DNA of 57,038 nucleotides from an uncultured Candidatus Saccharibacteria bacterium (GTDB lineage: Bacteria; Patescibacteriota; Minisyncoccia; 2-02-FULL-40-12; GWA2-44-9), in assembly GCA_964488565.1 (NCBI GenBank), contig CAZAUE010000003.1, positions 1 to 57,038 of the forward strand. Reading direction: 5' to 3'. Below, piece by piece: positions 9,527 to 20,818 of the stretch. The stretch's first letter is position 1, and every line of letters begins with the position of its first letter. The position numbers were made by a program, and so were the translations under genes. Under the pieces are notes generated by a model, which saw only the letters and a list, made by a program, of their open reading frames with translations, was not told where the DNA came from and did not search any database.

Positions 9527-10240
9527 ATGAGAAAAAGAACCGCTGTCGGTGGTTGGGTTGTGCTTTTTGTGAAGCTGGCATTAGTTGTTTCTGTGGCAAC
9601 AGTTTTAAGCTTTACACTTATTACTCTCGCCAACCTTAGCGATAATGTAAAAAGATTTTCTTTCTACGTTAAAATAAATGATGCTGAAATGGCCAAAAAA
9701 GAACTTATTGGTCTCCATTATTTTTATGACCTAAGCCGTAAGTGGAAAGTTCAGTGGCTGGCGGACAAATATTTATTTGGCGACGCACTATTTTATGAGG
9801 TTTCCGATTCGTACCTCATAAGAGATTGGGAGAAAGTTCGGAACGATCTAAAAGAAAAATTAGATGATCCGAAATCTTATCCTTATGGAAATGCAAAATT
9901 TAGACAAGCTCAAGCCCTCTATAATAATGGTTATGAAAAAGAAGCACTGGAGCTTGTGTTAACCGAGGTGGCTGCTGATTATGAAAAAGCTCTCAGAAAT
10001 TGCTTGGGTTCGATGGCGCCATACGACAAATGCTTTGATCGTGTTTGGAATTATGATTTGGCAACCAACAAGAAAAATGCCGAAGAGGCCTTGAAGAATC
10101 CTTCGCCTGTGGTGCCATTTATTCTTGGGCCGCCAAAAAAAGATGGAGAGCCAATATTGCCTCCGCCCAAAGTGCCAGGTGGTGGGGGTAAAGAAAGTGA
10201 AGAAAAGCCAGGTGGTGGGGGAGCCAAAAAAAGACCATGA
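9527..10240 (+). CDS. MxaK-like TPR-type membrane-anchored protein
   Basis: N-terminal TM; YGNAKFRQA...ADYEKALR...WNYDLA pattern resembling MxaK/BatC; Pro/Gly-rich tail. Confidence 0.55.
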   Translation: MRKRTAVGGWVVLFVKLALVVSVATVLSFTLITLANLSDNVKRFSFYVKINDAEMAKKELIGLHYFYDLSRKWKVQWLADKYLFGDALFYEVSDSYLIRDWEKVRNDLKEKLDDPKSYPYGNAKFRQAQALYNNGYEKEALELVLTEVAADYEKALRNCLGSMAPYDKCFDRVWNYDLATNKKNAEEALKNPSPVVPFILGPPKKDGEPILPPPKVPGGGGKESEEKPGGGGAKKRP

Positions 10241-11424
10241 GTCTTCATTTCCTTGAGCCAGATTTTTTATATCTTCTGATCCCTTTAGCTACTTTATTTA
10301 TCTTTTGGATCGGTGTTACAGCGATTAAGATTTCGAAAAGACCCAATCGCACTTATGGTTCAAAATATCCGCTTATCGGAAAAATAAAATTATGGGGATT
10401 GTTTGTCATACCAGCTGGAGTTTTGATGGTTTTGGCCTTAGCCAAGCCGAGTTTCGATCAGAGCTCTTTCAGGGCATCACAGGGTGATGTAGAAGTAATT
10501 CTGGTTGTTGATCGGTCAATATCCATGCGGGCTGATGATATAAAACCGTCTCGTTTGGAGATAGCCAAACGGGAAGCTGTTAATGTGGAATCTCTTTTGA
10601 GAGAAGATGACAAGGCGGCTTTATTTATCTTCGGAAAAGAATCTCACAGAAAAATTTATCTTTCTGGAAGGTTTGAAACTACGTTTGATAGACTGGCCAG
10701 AATCTCATTCCCCGAGAGTTTAGCGGGGGACGGTCTTATTTGGGATTCTGATTTTGCCACCATGTTGGAAAACATTTATCAATCCATGGATAGACAAGAC
10801 GCAAACAGTGAAGGATATTCGGGGAAAAATTATGTCCCCAAAAAAAGATCAAATAGAATTGTTATAATTTTCAGTGATGGGGAAGATCAGTTAAAGAAAG
10901 AAAAACCAGTTTCGCCGGAAGAAATTCAGAGTCATAAGAATTATCTTAAAAGACTCAACGGAGCTTTAGCGGAATTTAAAAAGAGGGGCCTTAAGATTTA
11001 TCCCGTAGGAATTGGTACTCAAAAAGGTGTTGGGTGGACATCTTTGCTGAGGGATTACGACGCTGGTAAATATGTTCAGGGTGAAGGTTCTATGTATTAT
11101 GACGCGGGTGATTATAGCGAGGATTTATTGAAAGAATGGAAAGATAAAATTACCCGTCTTGATAAAGAAAACCTTATGTTTCTATCCAGACAATCTGGAA
11201 CTGAGCAAGGAAATAAAATCTGGTCAGTTGAAAATAGCGCAACGACAGTTAAGGATTATCTTCAGTTTGCCATTGATTCAAACAGAAGAACGTTGCTTGA
11301 ATTTAGTCAGGGTGAGGGCGATCAGGATTTGTGGCAGTACTTTCTCCTTTCTGCTGTCGGTATTTTAGGACTTGGAATTTTGTTCTATCCTGTTTCGGGA
11401 TATTTCAAAAAAAATAAAACTTAG
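10237..11424 (+). CDS. Membrane vWA protein (MxaL/BatB-like)
   Basis: LALAKPS, MIDAS VDRSISM, ADDIKPSRLEIAK, IFSDGED, YPVGIGT, C-terminal TM. Confidence 0.8.
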   Translation: MSLHFLEPDFLYLLIPLATLFIFWIGVTAIKISKRPNRTYGSKYPLIGKIKLWGLFVIPAGVLMVLALAKPSFDQSSFRASQGDVEVILVVDRSISMRADDIKPSRLEIAKREAVNVESLLREDDKAALFIFGKESHRKIYLSGRFETTFDRLARISFPESLAGDGLIWDSDFATMLENIYQSMDRQDANSEGYSGKNYVPKKRSNRIVIIFSDGEDQLKKEKPVSPEEIQSHKNYLKRLNGALAEFKKRGLKIYPVGIGTQKGVGWTSLLRDYDAGKYVQGEGSMYYDAGDYSEDLLKEWKDKITRLDKENLMFLSRQSGTEQGNKIWSVENSATTVKDYLQFAIDSNRRTLLEFSQGEGDQDLWQYFLLSAVGILGLGILFYPVSGYFKKNKT

Positions 11425-11481
11425 GTATGGCCCCGTTGTTGCGGGGCTTTTAATTTGCCTAGATTTTTGTATTGTAGGGTT

Positions 11482-12471
11482 ATGTATAGTTTGCGAAACT
11501 CAATTCTGGCAACCTTGGTCTATCACGATATTTTAGATTTCCCCCTAACTTTGCTTGAGGTTAATAAGTATTTGATAAACCCTGGGCGATTATCCAAAGA
11601 TCCTGTTTTGGGAACAATTTCTTTGAATCAAGTTGCAGAAAGCCTTGAAAGTTTAGTTGCTGCCGATCTTGTTGGCTCAAAGAATGGTTTTTATTTTTTA
11701 CCACAAAGAGACGCTCTTTATGAGTTAAGAATAAGGAGAGAAAAAATAGCTGCTCAAAAATGGAAGAAATTTTTGAGAATTGCAAAATGGTTTCAGGCGG
11801 TGCCTTATTTGAGGGGGGTTTTAGCTTCAGGTTCTCTGTCTATTAATAATACTGAACACGAAAGTGATTTCGATGTTTTACTGGTGGTAAGGTCTGGTAG
11901 ACTTTATTCGTGTAGAATATTTTTGTCTCTGGTGGCTTCGGCTTTTAGAGCAAGAAGAACGAGGTACGAAAGAAGCGCGCCAGATAAATTTTGTTTTAAT
12001 CATTACATAACTGACGGAAACATGAACATCAAGCATGAGAGTTTGTTTAATGCTCAAGCTTATGTCAATCTCAAGCCAGTTTTAGTTGCCGATGGAATTT
12101 TTAGTCGTTTTTATACTGAAAATATTTGGCTAAATAAATATGTCTATAATTTTAAACCAGCCGAGGAGTTTGTTTTAAGAAAAGTTTTTTATAATCCCTT
12201 GTTGTCTTTTGTTGGTAGTGTGGGGGAATTTGTTCTAGATTCTTCGTTGGGAGATAAATTTGAGAATTGGGCCAAGAAATATCAGCAGAAAAGAATAAAA
12301 AACAATCCGACGACTTATGAGTCTGGTGGCAGGGTTGTTTTTAGTGACAATGAACTCGAGTTTCATCCCCGTTCTTTTGAGGCGTTTGCTATTGATAAAT
12401 ACAATAAAAAATTAAAACAACTTGGCACCATTACTTATGCCGAAGAAAGGGATTCAGGGCTTAATCTCTAA
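11482..12471 (+). CDS. Nucleotidyltransferase-fold protein (pol beta superfamily) with N-terminal helical domain
   Basis: ASGSLS..N...SDFDVLLV motif; ATG 11482 chosen as start. Confidence 0.65.
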   Translation: MYSLRNSILATLVYHDILDFPLTLLEVNKYLINPGRLSKDPVLGTISLNQVAESLESLVAADLVGSKNGFYFLPQRDALYELRIRREKIAAQKWKKFLRIAKWFQAVPYLRGVLASGSLSINNTEHESDFDVLLVVRSGRLYSCRIFLSLVASAFRARRTRYERSAPDKFCFNHYITDGNMNIKHESLFNAQAYVNLKPVLVADGIFSRFYTENIWLNKYVYNFKPAEEFVLRKVFYNPLLSFVGSVGEFVLDSSLGDKFENWAKKYQQKRIKNNPTTYESGGRVVFSDNELEFHPRSFEAFAIDKYNKKLKQLGTITYAEERDSGLNL

Positions 12472-12909
12472 TCGCTCTCACCCCTCGCCAAACATCCTCT
12501 CGCTACGCTCGCTCACCCAGCGTGTTCGCTCACTGCTATTGCTCATAAGCTCTCCGCCTAAACGGCGGAACCATGCCCGCTTATTTCGCAAAAGCCGCTC
12601 GAGAATGCATTGGCTCGGGTTGTTAGCATTTTCTCCGTCATTTTCGAAACCATTGTGGAGGGATAGATACAAACAAAGCTTTACCTTAAACCGACAGGAA
12701 AGCTGGAACTGACCCTGTGTTTTCTTTAAAAAACACAGAAGGGAATTCCGGAAGGCTTCCGGAGGTTTTAAAGCTATTGTTTGTCTAGACCGGAACACGG
12801 GTTGAGAAGGTGATGGGGAAAATGATGGGAGGCGAGAGCTGGTTGCGGCTTTTAGCTATTTAATTTATACTTCCTCCAGATTCTTTCGGTTCTTTGAAAA
12901 GAGAACGAA

Positions 12910-14724
12910 ATGAAGTGCTTTTTCAGACTTCTCTCAGCCTTTCTTTTAGTCGGACTTTTTGGCGTTGATGCCTTTGCCAATATCCCCAAAATACTCTTAT
13001 TGAAAGACCTTAAGCCAGGAACGCTGGCGATTGGTTTTTCTGTTTTTAAGGGCGTAGAGCCATTACCTTTTAACGTTGTTCTTGGTGAGTCAATAGACAA
13101 GATGGGAAGCCGTTTTATTTTAGCCAGAATTTCTGGTGGCCCGATGGATACACCTCTTGAAAAGATTGGTGCAATTTCTGGCATGAGCGGTAGCCCGATC
13201 TTTGTTAATTGCACTGATCTGGGTGACTGTATTAAAAACGGAACCTTGGTTGGCGCCTTAAGTTATCGGATCGGAAGCTTTATTGAGGGTGGGATGAATT
13301 GCCTTCTTACTCCGGCCGAGTATATGCTCGGGTCTAGATTTGGCGGATATATGGCGGCGTCTCAACTTTCAAATCGCATGTCGAGCAAGATTAACATTGA
13401 AGGCAAGGAGTTTGTTAATCTGATGGTTTTGCCAAAGATTGATGGTTTGGGATCACAGGCGACATTGGATCAAAAATGTGACGAATCAGTAAAAGGCGAA
13501 CTTAAGCCGGGCTCAATGGTTACTGTGTTTCTGACCAAGGGCACGATTTCCTTTGGAGGTTCTGGTACGGTGGTCTGGAGAGATGGTGATGAGATTTATA
13601 TTTTTGGACACCCGTTTCTCGGTACCGGCATGATTAATTATCCATTTGTTCACGTTGCGGTGGCTGACACTGTTCAGACACCGACTGGTGCTTATAAACT
13701 ACCTAGTTGCTCATTGGATACCGAGGGAACGATGCTTGTTGATGGTGCTTTTGAGGTGGCTGGTTTGATCGACAGAACTCCAGCACCCACTATTCCCTTG
13801 AAGGTGGAGCTCCACTTAAATGACAACGGTGCCATTATGGAGGAAGATGTTGTGCCAAGTCCCATGATGAGTGATGTTATTAAACAAATCCCAGTCCTTT
13901 GGGCAGGTCAATTATTGGGTGATCTCAACACGCTATCCATTGCCTATCAGGTGCGAATTGTTGTAAAGAATAATCCTGAAATTTTTCTAAAAAATATTAC
14001 CTCTGCGCGGGCAGAGGGTAATCCGTTTGCCAAGCTGTTTGGTAAAATCGATGCAACGCTTCAAAAGCTTGATGCGCTGGGAGTGTCTGGTTATGGAATT
14101 GAAAAGATTGATGTGCATGTTGATTTTATTGAGAGCCCCAATATTTGGATTAAAAAGACGGCATTTCTTTCTCAAAAAGAGGCAACTCCCGGAGAAGTGA
14201 TTTATGCCAATGTGGTTTTGGAGGAAGTTTCTTCTGGCACTATTAAGCAGATGAGTTTCCCCGTAAAAGTTCCACTTGATTTCAAAGACAGAATGGGTGT
14301 GGGTGCCTCCAGTGTGGATATTTTGATTCAAAGTAGCGGTAAGTTTACTGACAAGAAGAGTCCTGTCGGAGGAGCCTCTGTTGGAGATTTTGTCAGACAG
14401 TTAAACCAGACCATGAATTATAAAACCAATGTTTTGTATATCCAGCAAATAATGCCTCGGTTGAAATCTGATGAGGAGACGGATGGTGCTAATGCCAAAA
14501 CATCAGTCAAGCCAGCATGGAAGTGGACCGAACTTCAGGAAGGTGACTTAAGACTATTTCCAAGTAACGATAAAAGTGAAATCGTTTTGACACTTTCACC
14601 GGAGCTGAAGGGCTTCATTGATTTTGATGCAACACTTAGTCTGGAAGTTAAAGACGAGGAAGCAGTTGTTTTGGAAAAGAAGGAATCTAAAAAAAGAAAA
14701 TGGTTTGATTTTTTAAAGAAATAA
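12910..14724 (+). CDS. Secreted SpoIVB peptidase S55 domain protein
   Basis: Signal peptide; FILARISGG, GAISGMSGSPIF, VGALSY, GTVVW..DEIYIFGHPF. Confidence 0.78.
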   Translation: MKCFFRLLSAFLLVGLFGVDAFANIPKILLLKDLKPGTLAIGFSVFKGVEPLPFNVVLGESIDKMGSRFILARISGGPMDTPLEKIGAISGMSGSPIFVNCTDLGDCIKNGTLVGALSYRIGSFIEGGMNCLLTPAEYMLGSRFGGYMAASQLSNRMSSKINIEGKEFVNLMVLPKIDGLGSQATLDQKCDESVKGELKPGSMVTVFLTKGTISFGGSGTVVWRDGDEIYIFGHPFLGTGMINYPFVHVAVADTVQTPTGAYKLPSCSLDTEGTMLVDGAFEVAGLIDRTPAPTIPLKVELHLNDNGAIMEEDVVPSPMMSDVIKQIPVLWAGQLLGDLNTLSIAYQVRIVVKNNPEIFLKNITSARAEGNPFAKLFGKIDATLQKLDALGVSGYGIEKIDVHVDFIESPNIWIKKTAFLSQKEATPGEVIYANVVLEEVSSGTIKQMSFPVKVPLDFKDRMGVGASSVDILIQSSGKFTDKKSPVGGASVGDFVRQLNQTMNYKTNVLYIQQIMPRLKSDEETDGANAKTSVKPAWKWTELQEGDLRLFPSNDKSEIVLTLSPELKGFIDFDATLSLEVKDEEAVVLEKKESKKRKWFDFLKK

Positions 14725-14825
14725 TTAGTTAAGCAGCGCAAGGGCGCTGCTTTTATTGTGGTTGACAATGTGTCATTTTTGAGTAAAATATGACTACGTA
14801 AATCAACTAATAAATAGCTAGAAAT

Positions 14826-15113
14826 ATGACCAAAATCACACCACTTTCAGACCATGTTTTAATAGAACCCCTAAGAGAGGAAAAGAAAAAGGGAGGAATT
14901 ATTTTGCCAGAAACGATTGAAAAAGAGAAGCAGGAAAAGGGCAAGGTTGTCGCTGTTGGATCCGGTAAAATTAAAGATGGCAAGAGGGTGCCCATGGAGG
15001 TTAAAAAGGGTGATGTTGTTTTGTTTACCAAATACGGGCCCAATGAAATCAAGGTTGATGGTAAGGAATATTTAATAGCTAGAGAAGAAGATATCTTGGC
15101 GATTGTAAAATAG
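14826..15113 (+). CDS. groES: Co-chaperonin GroES
   Basis: [38 protein letters not shown]. Confidence 0.97.
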   Translation: MTKITPLSDHVLIEPLREEKKKGGIILPETIEKEKQEKGKVVAVGSGKIKDGKRVPMEVKKGDVVLFTKYGPNEIKVDGKEYLIAREEDILAIVK

Positions 15114-15133
15114 TTGTAAAAATAAAAATTTAA

Positions 15134-16846
<1,713 letters not shown>

Positions 16847-16863
16847 GATTATTTAAGAAGTTT

Positions 16864-16903
16864 AGTCACAAACAAACCGCTTGCTAGCGGTTTGTTTGTG
16901 ACT
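16864..16903 (+). terminator. Long hairpin after groEL (probable terminator)
   Basis: 17-bp perfect stem agtcacaaacaaaccgc/gcggtttgtttgtgact. Confidence 0.7.
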
Positions 16904-17036
16904 GGGTGTGGTTATCCACACATCTTTTGAGTGAAAAAATGCTATGGTGTAAATAGCTAAAAAACTATTTTGGTGTCTAACGTATTAGCCTTTATTTAAG
17001 CGCTAGCTCTTACACCAAGTGGTCTCAAAATTGAAT

Positions 17037-18029
17037 ATGAAAACTTTTAAAAAGTTTTCGGGAGTTATGGTGGTTTTTTTCTTAATGCTTGGTCTGGTCG
17101 GACCATACTCTGCGATTGCGGCAACAACCCCATCCTTAGGGGCAGCAGCAAGCTACGGCGTTCTCGGCAGTACGTATACCAACACGGTAGCAGGAACCAC
17201 TGTTAATGGAGATGTTGGATTCACTACGGGGCCAGCAGTCGCTCCTTTAGGAGTCCACACTAATTATGGATCAGGTGCCCCGTATTCTACAGCAGGCATA
17301 GATCAAAATAGTGCCTTGTCTGCTTTGAATTCTCAGGTTTGTACATTTACCTTTGCGCCAGGAGCAATTGATTTGGCTACTGACACAACTCATGGCCCAA
17401 TTGGAGTTTATGCACCAGGGGTTTATTGCGTATCAGGAGCCGCTTCTATCGGGGCAGCTGGAATTTCTCTTAGTGGTACAGGAACATATATTTTCAGAAT
17501 CAATGGTGCATTTACCACAGTAGCTAATTCCTCGGTTACATTGCCTGGTGGCGCATCATCTTGCGATGTTTTTTGGACACCGACTTCTGCCACTACACTT
17601 GGAGCTAATTCCACAATGAGAGGAACAATAATTGATGCCTCAGGAATTACTATTGGAAGTACAGCATTATTAACAGGACGAGCTTTGGCTTTTGGTGGAA
17701 CAGTCACAACTGATGCTGACACAATTACAGTTCCTTCATGTGTGGCTCCTACCCCAACTCCTACACCTACACCTACACTTACACCAACTCCTACTCCTAC
17801 ACCAACCCCAGCACCTACGCTTTCTCCTACTCCAACACCAACTTCAACACCAATCGCAACTCTTACCCCAACTCCTTTCCCAACATTACCACGTGCAGGA
17901 ATCGCTCCCGATAATGGAACCTCATGGAATCTTGTTGCCATGGTTGGAATTTTTGCCACCCTAGCTTCGCTTTATTTTGCTCGAAGAAAGCAAGCGACCG
18001 AAGGGGAGCGCAGTGCCCAGCGCCAGTAG
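17037..18029 (+). CDS. DUF3494 ice-binding-like protein, PT-repeat stalk, sortase signal LPRAG
   Basis: Signal peptide; LGAAASYGVLG, YAPGVYC, YIFRINGA, CDVFWTP, GRALA; (PT)n linker; LPRAG + TM + RRK. Confidence 0.82.
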   Translation: MKTFKKFSGVMVVFFLMLGLVGPYSAIAATTPSLGAAASYGVLGSTYTNTVAGTTVNGDVGFTTGPAVAPLGVHTNYGSGAPYSTAGIDQNSALSALNSQVCTFTFAPGAIDLATDTTHGPIGVYAPGVYCVSGAASIGAAGISLSGTGTYIFRINGAFTTVANSSVTLPGGASSCDVFWTPTSATTLGANSTMRGTIIDASGITIGSTALLTGRALAFGGTVTTDADTITVPSCVAPTPTPTPTPTLTPTPTPTPTPAPTLSPTPTPTSTPIATLTPTPFPTLPRAGIAPDNGTSWNLVAMVGIFATLASLYFARRKQATEGERSAQRQ

Positions 18030-18071
18030 GTGGCGGGTGCAAATAATTTAACTAACTAAAAATTATTTAAC

Positions 18072-19883
18072 ATGAAAATGAATAACAAAAATTCAATAAC
18101 TATAATAACCATAACCGTGTTGATTCTGTCCTTAATGCTTGGTCTGGTCGGACCAAATTCTGCGCAGGCGGCAACGGCGCCAGTTTTGGGAACCGCTTCT
18201 GGTTATTCAGTTTTTGGTAATGCCGGCATAACGGAAACCGTTGCACAGACCTCTCATCTTTGGGGAAATGCTGGCGGTAATGGTTTTGGTCACGCCAGTC
18301 TTATTGCTTCTCAGGTTGATGGGACAATAGATGCTGGGGCCAATGCTTCGGTTGTGAGTGCAATATCCTTTGCATATGGAGATCTGGCTGATGAGGCACA
18401 AACAGGAGCAATTGATTTGGCCACATCACCTACGGTCACACCGGGCGTATATGATGTTGCCGCGACGGCATTTAGTTCCACCCTTACTCTTAATGGTGCG
18501 GGTGTCTACATTTTCCGAAGTACATCAAGCATTGCTCAAACAGCTGGAGGTACGATGCTTTTGACTAATGGTGCAACGGCCTGTAATGTTTTTTGGCAGA
18601 TTCCTACATCTATGACATTTGCTGCTGCTGGAAATATTGCGGGAACGATTATTACAAACACAGGACTCATTTCATTTGTATCAGGATTGAATTTGCAGGG
18701 TCGAGCTTGGGCAGCTACTCAAGTAACGATGAGTAATAACCAGATTACTGAACCGACATGTGTTACAGCTACTTCCACCCCGGCACCTTCACGAGCAGTA
18801 GCAACAATTAATGTTGTAAAAAATGTTATTAATGATAATGGCAGAACAAAGATTGCTGCTGATTTTCCATTATTCGTTAACGGAACACCAGTTATCTCTG
18901 GAATGACATATACCTTTCCTGCGCCTGCTAGTGTGTATTCAGTGACCGAAACAGGTGATTCAAATTACACTCGTGTATTTTCTGGTGATTGTGACACAAA
19001 CGGTCAATTCAATCTAAACCCAGGTGATAACAAATTTTGTATTGTCACAAACAACGACATAGGTGCACCCATAGTTCCTCCAGTACCACCGCTTATTGAT
19101 GTATTGAAAGTTCCAAGCCCGTTAGCTTTACCAGCTGGTCCCGGTCCGGTTACATATACTTATACGCTCAAAAATGTTGGAACAGTTCCTGTAACTGATA
19201 TAACCATGGTTGGTGATACATGTAGCCCAATAGTCCGCGTTTCTGGTGACTCAAACGGAGATAATAAGCTTGATATAACTGAGACTTGGATACACACATG
19301 TTCCACAACACTAACAGAAACTCATACCAACATTGTTACCGCTACTGGATGGGCCAACGGTATTTCTGCGGTTGATATCGCCTCTGCCACAGTTATTGTT
19401 GGATCACCGGTAGTTCCACCATTGATACATTTAATAAAAAGACCAAGCGTGTTTACTCTTCCGGCGGGCGGAGGGGCGGTTACCTATACATATATAGTAA
19501 GTAATCCAGGCACAGCGCCTTTGAGCAATGTAAAAATTAGTAGTGACAAATGCACTGGAGTTCCAAGCCGTGTTTTGGGACATCCTGGAGACATTAACAA
19601 AAACAGTTTACTTGAGAGTGGCGAAGAGTGGTTGTTTACTTGTTTAACAAACATTACACAAACAACAACAAATACAGGCACAGCTAGTGGCGATGCTAAT
19701 GGTTTTACAGCTCGAGATTTAGCGGTTGCTACGGTTGTTGTGGCCGCCACTATTCCAAAGTTGCCGAGTACTGGAATTGCCCCGGATGAATTAAGTGTTC
19801 TTTGGAATATTACCATACCAACAGGAGTCTTTATTGCACTACTTTCATTCTATTTTGTTCGAAGAAAACAAGAGGACTACTAA
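18072..19883 (+). CDS. DUF3494 ice-binding-like protein with Ig-like/DUF11-type repeats and LPSTG signal
   Basis: VTPGVYDV, GVYIFRS, ACNVFWQI, LQGRAWA; two VTYTY..N.G..P repeats; LPSTG + TM + RRK. Confidence 0.8.
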   Translation: MKMNNKNSITIITITVLILSLMLGLVGPNSAQAATAPVLGTASGYSVFGNAGITETVAQTSHLWGNAGGNGFGHASLIASQVDGTIDAGANASVVSAISFAYGDLADEAQTGAIDLATSPTVTPGVYDVAATAFSSTLTLNGAGVYIFRSTSSIAQTAGGTMLLTNGATACNVFWQIPTSMTFAAAGNIAGTIITNTGLISFVSGLNLQGRAWAATQVTMSNNQITEPTCVTATSTPAPSRAVATINVVKNVINDNGRTKIAADFPLFVNGTPVISGMTYTFPAPASVYSVTETGDSNYTRVFSGDCDTNGQFNLNPGDNKFCIVTNNDIGAPIVPPVPPLIDVLKVPSPLALPAGPGPVTYTYTLKNVGTVPVTDITMVGDTCSPIVRVSGDSNGDNKLDITETWIHTCSTTLTETHTNIVTATGWANGISAVDIASATVIVGSPVVPPLIHLIKRPSVFTLPAGGGAVTYTYIVSNPGTAPLSNVKISSDKCTGVPSRVLGHPGDINKNSLLESGEEWLFTCLTNITQTTTNTGTASGDANGFTARDLAVATVVVAATIPKLPSTGIAPDELSVLWNITIPTGVFIALLSFYFVRRKQEDY

Positions 19884-19904
19884 GTATTGATAAAAGTTGA
19901 AAAC

Positions 19905-19935
19905 CAAGAGTCCCGCCACGGTGGCGGGACTCTTG
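19905..19935. repeat. Near-perfect 31-bp palindrome between adhesin and sortase genes
   Basis: caagagtcccgccac-g-gtggcgggactcttg. Confidence 0.8.
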
Positions 19936-19959
19936 TGGCGATAATTTTTTGAAAAGTTT

Positions 19960-20559
19960 ATGAAATTAAAAACATTATCAACGAGAACATTGGTGATTGG
20001 AATTATTGCTGCTTCAATGTTTTTGTTGGCACTATTTTTTGATATTTTTCAGAAAAATAGTTCGGCGAGACTTATTGAAAATTTTGACAAAAACTTCACA
20101 CAAGAGCAACTGGGTCGTGGACTGCCAATGCGTCTTAAAATTCCAAAAATTAATGTTGATTCCGATGTTGAAAGTGTGGGCCTTGCCCCCGATAGTTCAA
20201 TTGGTGTTCCAAGAGAGCGAGAGAATGTCGCTTGGTTTAATACTGGATCACGCCCAGGTGATAATGGTAGTGCTATTATTGTCGGACATTATGGAATAAA
20301 TAATAAAAAAACTTCGGCATTTGATAATCTGCACAGATTGCGCAAGGGGGATAAATTATATGTGGAAGATGACAAAGGGGTAGTTACAACTTTTGTTGTT
20401 CGTGAAAACAGAAGATACGACCCCGATGCAGACTCTTCAAGTGTGTTTGGTCCAAATGACGGAAAGTCACACCTCAATCTTGTCACTTGCGAGGGAACTT
20501 GGGATGAAGAGAACCAGCAGTATACTAAGCGATTAGTAGTGTTTACTGACAAAGAATAA
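19960..20559 (+). CDS. Class F sortase
   Basis: N-terminal TM; PMRLKIPKINVD, RPGDNGSAIIVGH, LNLVTC, KRLVVF (His/Cys/Arg triad). Confidence 0.9.
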   Translation: MKLKTLSTRTLVIGIIAASMFLLALFFDIFQKNSSARLIENFDKNFTQEQLGRGLPMRLKIPKINVDSDVESVGLAPDSSIGVPRERENVAWFNTGSRPGDNGSAIIVGHYGINNKKTSAFDNLHRLRKGDKLYVEDDKGVVTTFVVRENRRYDPDADSSSVFGPNDGKSHLNLVTCEGTWDEENQQYTKRLVVFTDKE

Positions 20560-20621
20560 TAATACTCTTTGAATAAAAGTTAGATTTCGGCTATACTAAT
20601 TTAAATTTAGAATTATCACAC

Positions 20622-20710
20622 GGAGGAGTCGGATAGTGGTTTATTCCACCGCCTTGGAAAGGCGGCATCCCGCAAGGGATACGTGAGTTCGAATCTCACC
20701 TCCTCCGCCA
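20622..20710 (+). tRNA. tRNA-Ser(GGA)
   Basis: Acceptor ggaggag/ctcctcc-GCCA; anticodon arm ccgcc-ttGGAaa-ggcgg; long variable arm atccc-gcaa-gggat; T arm gtgag-ttcgaat-ctcac. Confidence 0.96.
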
Positions 20711-20818
20711 ATGTTTACCAATACAGCCAGTGGTTGTATTCCTCAAAAAGAGTATAATTAGGGCATTAGCTCCTTCTCTGTCGGGAGGTGAGTTCTTAAA
20801 ACAACTAATCAATTTATT

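Noticed and set aside
12472-12850. RNase P RNA or tmRNA
   Set aside because: No GAGGAAAGUCC core and no tRNA-like ends on either strand
16912-16920. Perfect DnaA box TTATCCACA
   Set aside because: A single box, with no cluster, DUE or dnaA/dnaN nearby; not enough for oriC
17745-17880. Tandem DNA repeats as CRISPR or VNTR
   Set aside because: Degenerate codons of the (PT)n linker. No CRISPR array or cas gene is seen anywhere in the window
17423-17959. 178-aa antisense ORF with GV repeats
   Set aside because: Shadow of the PT-repeat coding strand. The other antisense ORFs over groEL, dnaG, murJ etc. were dismissed likewise
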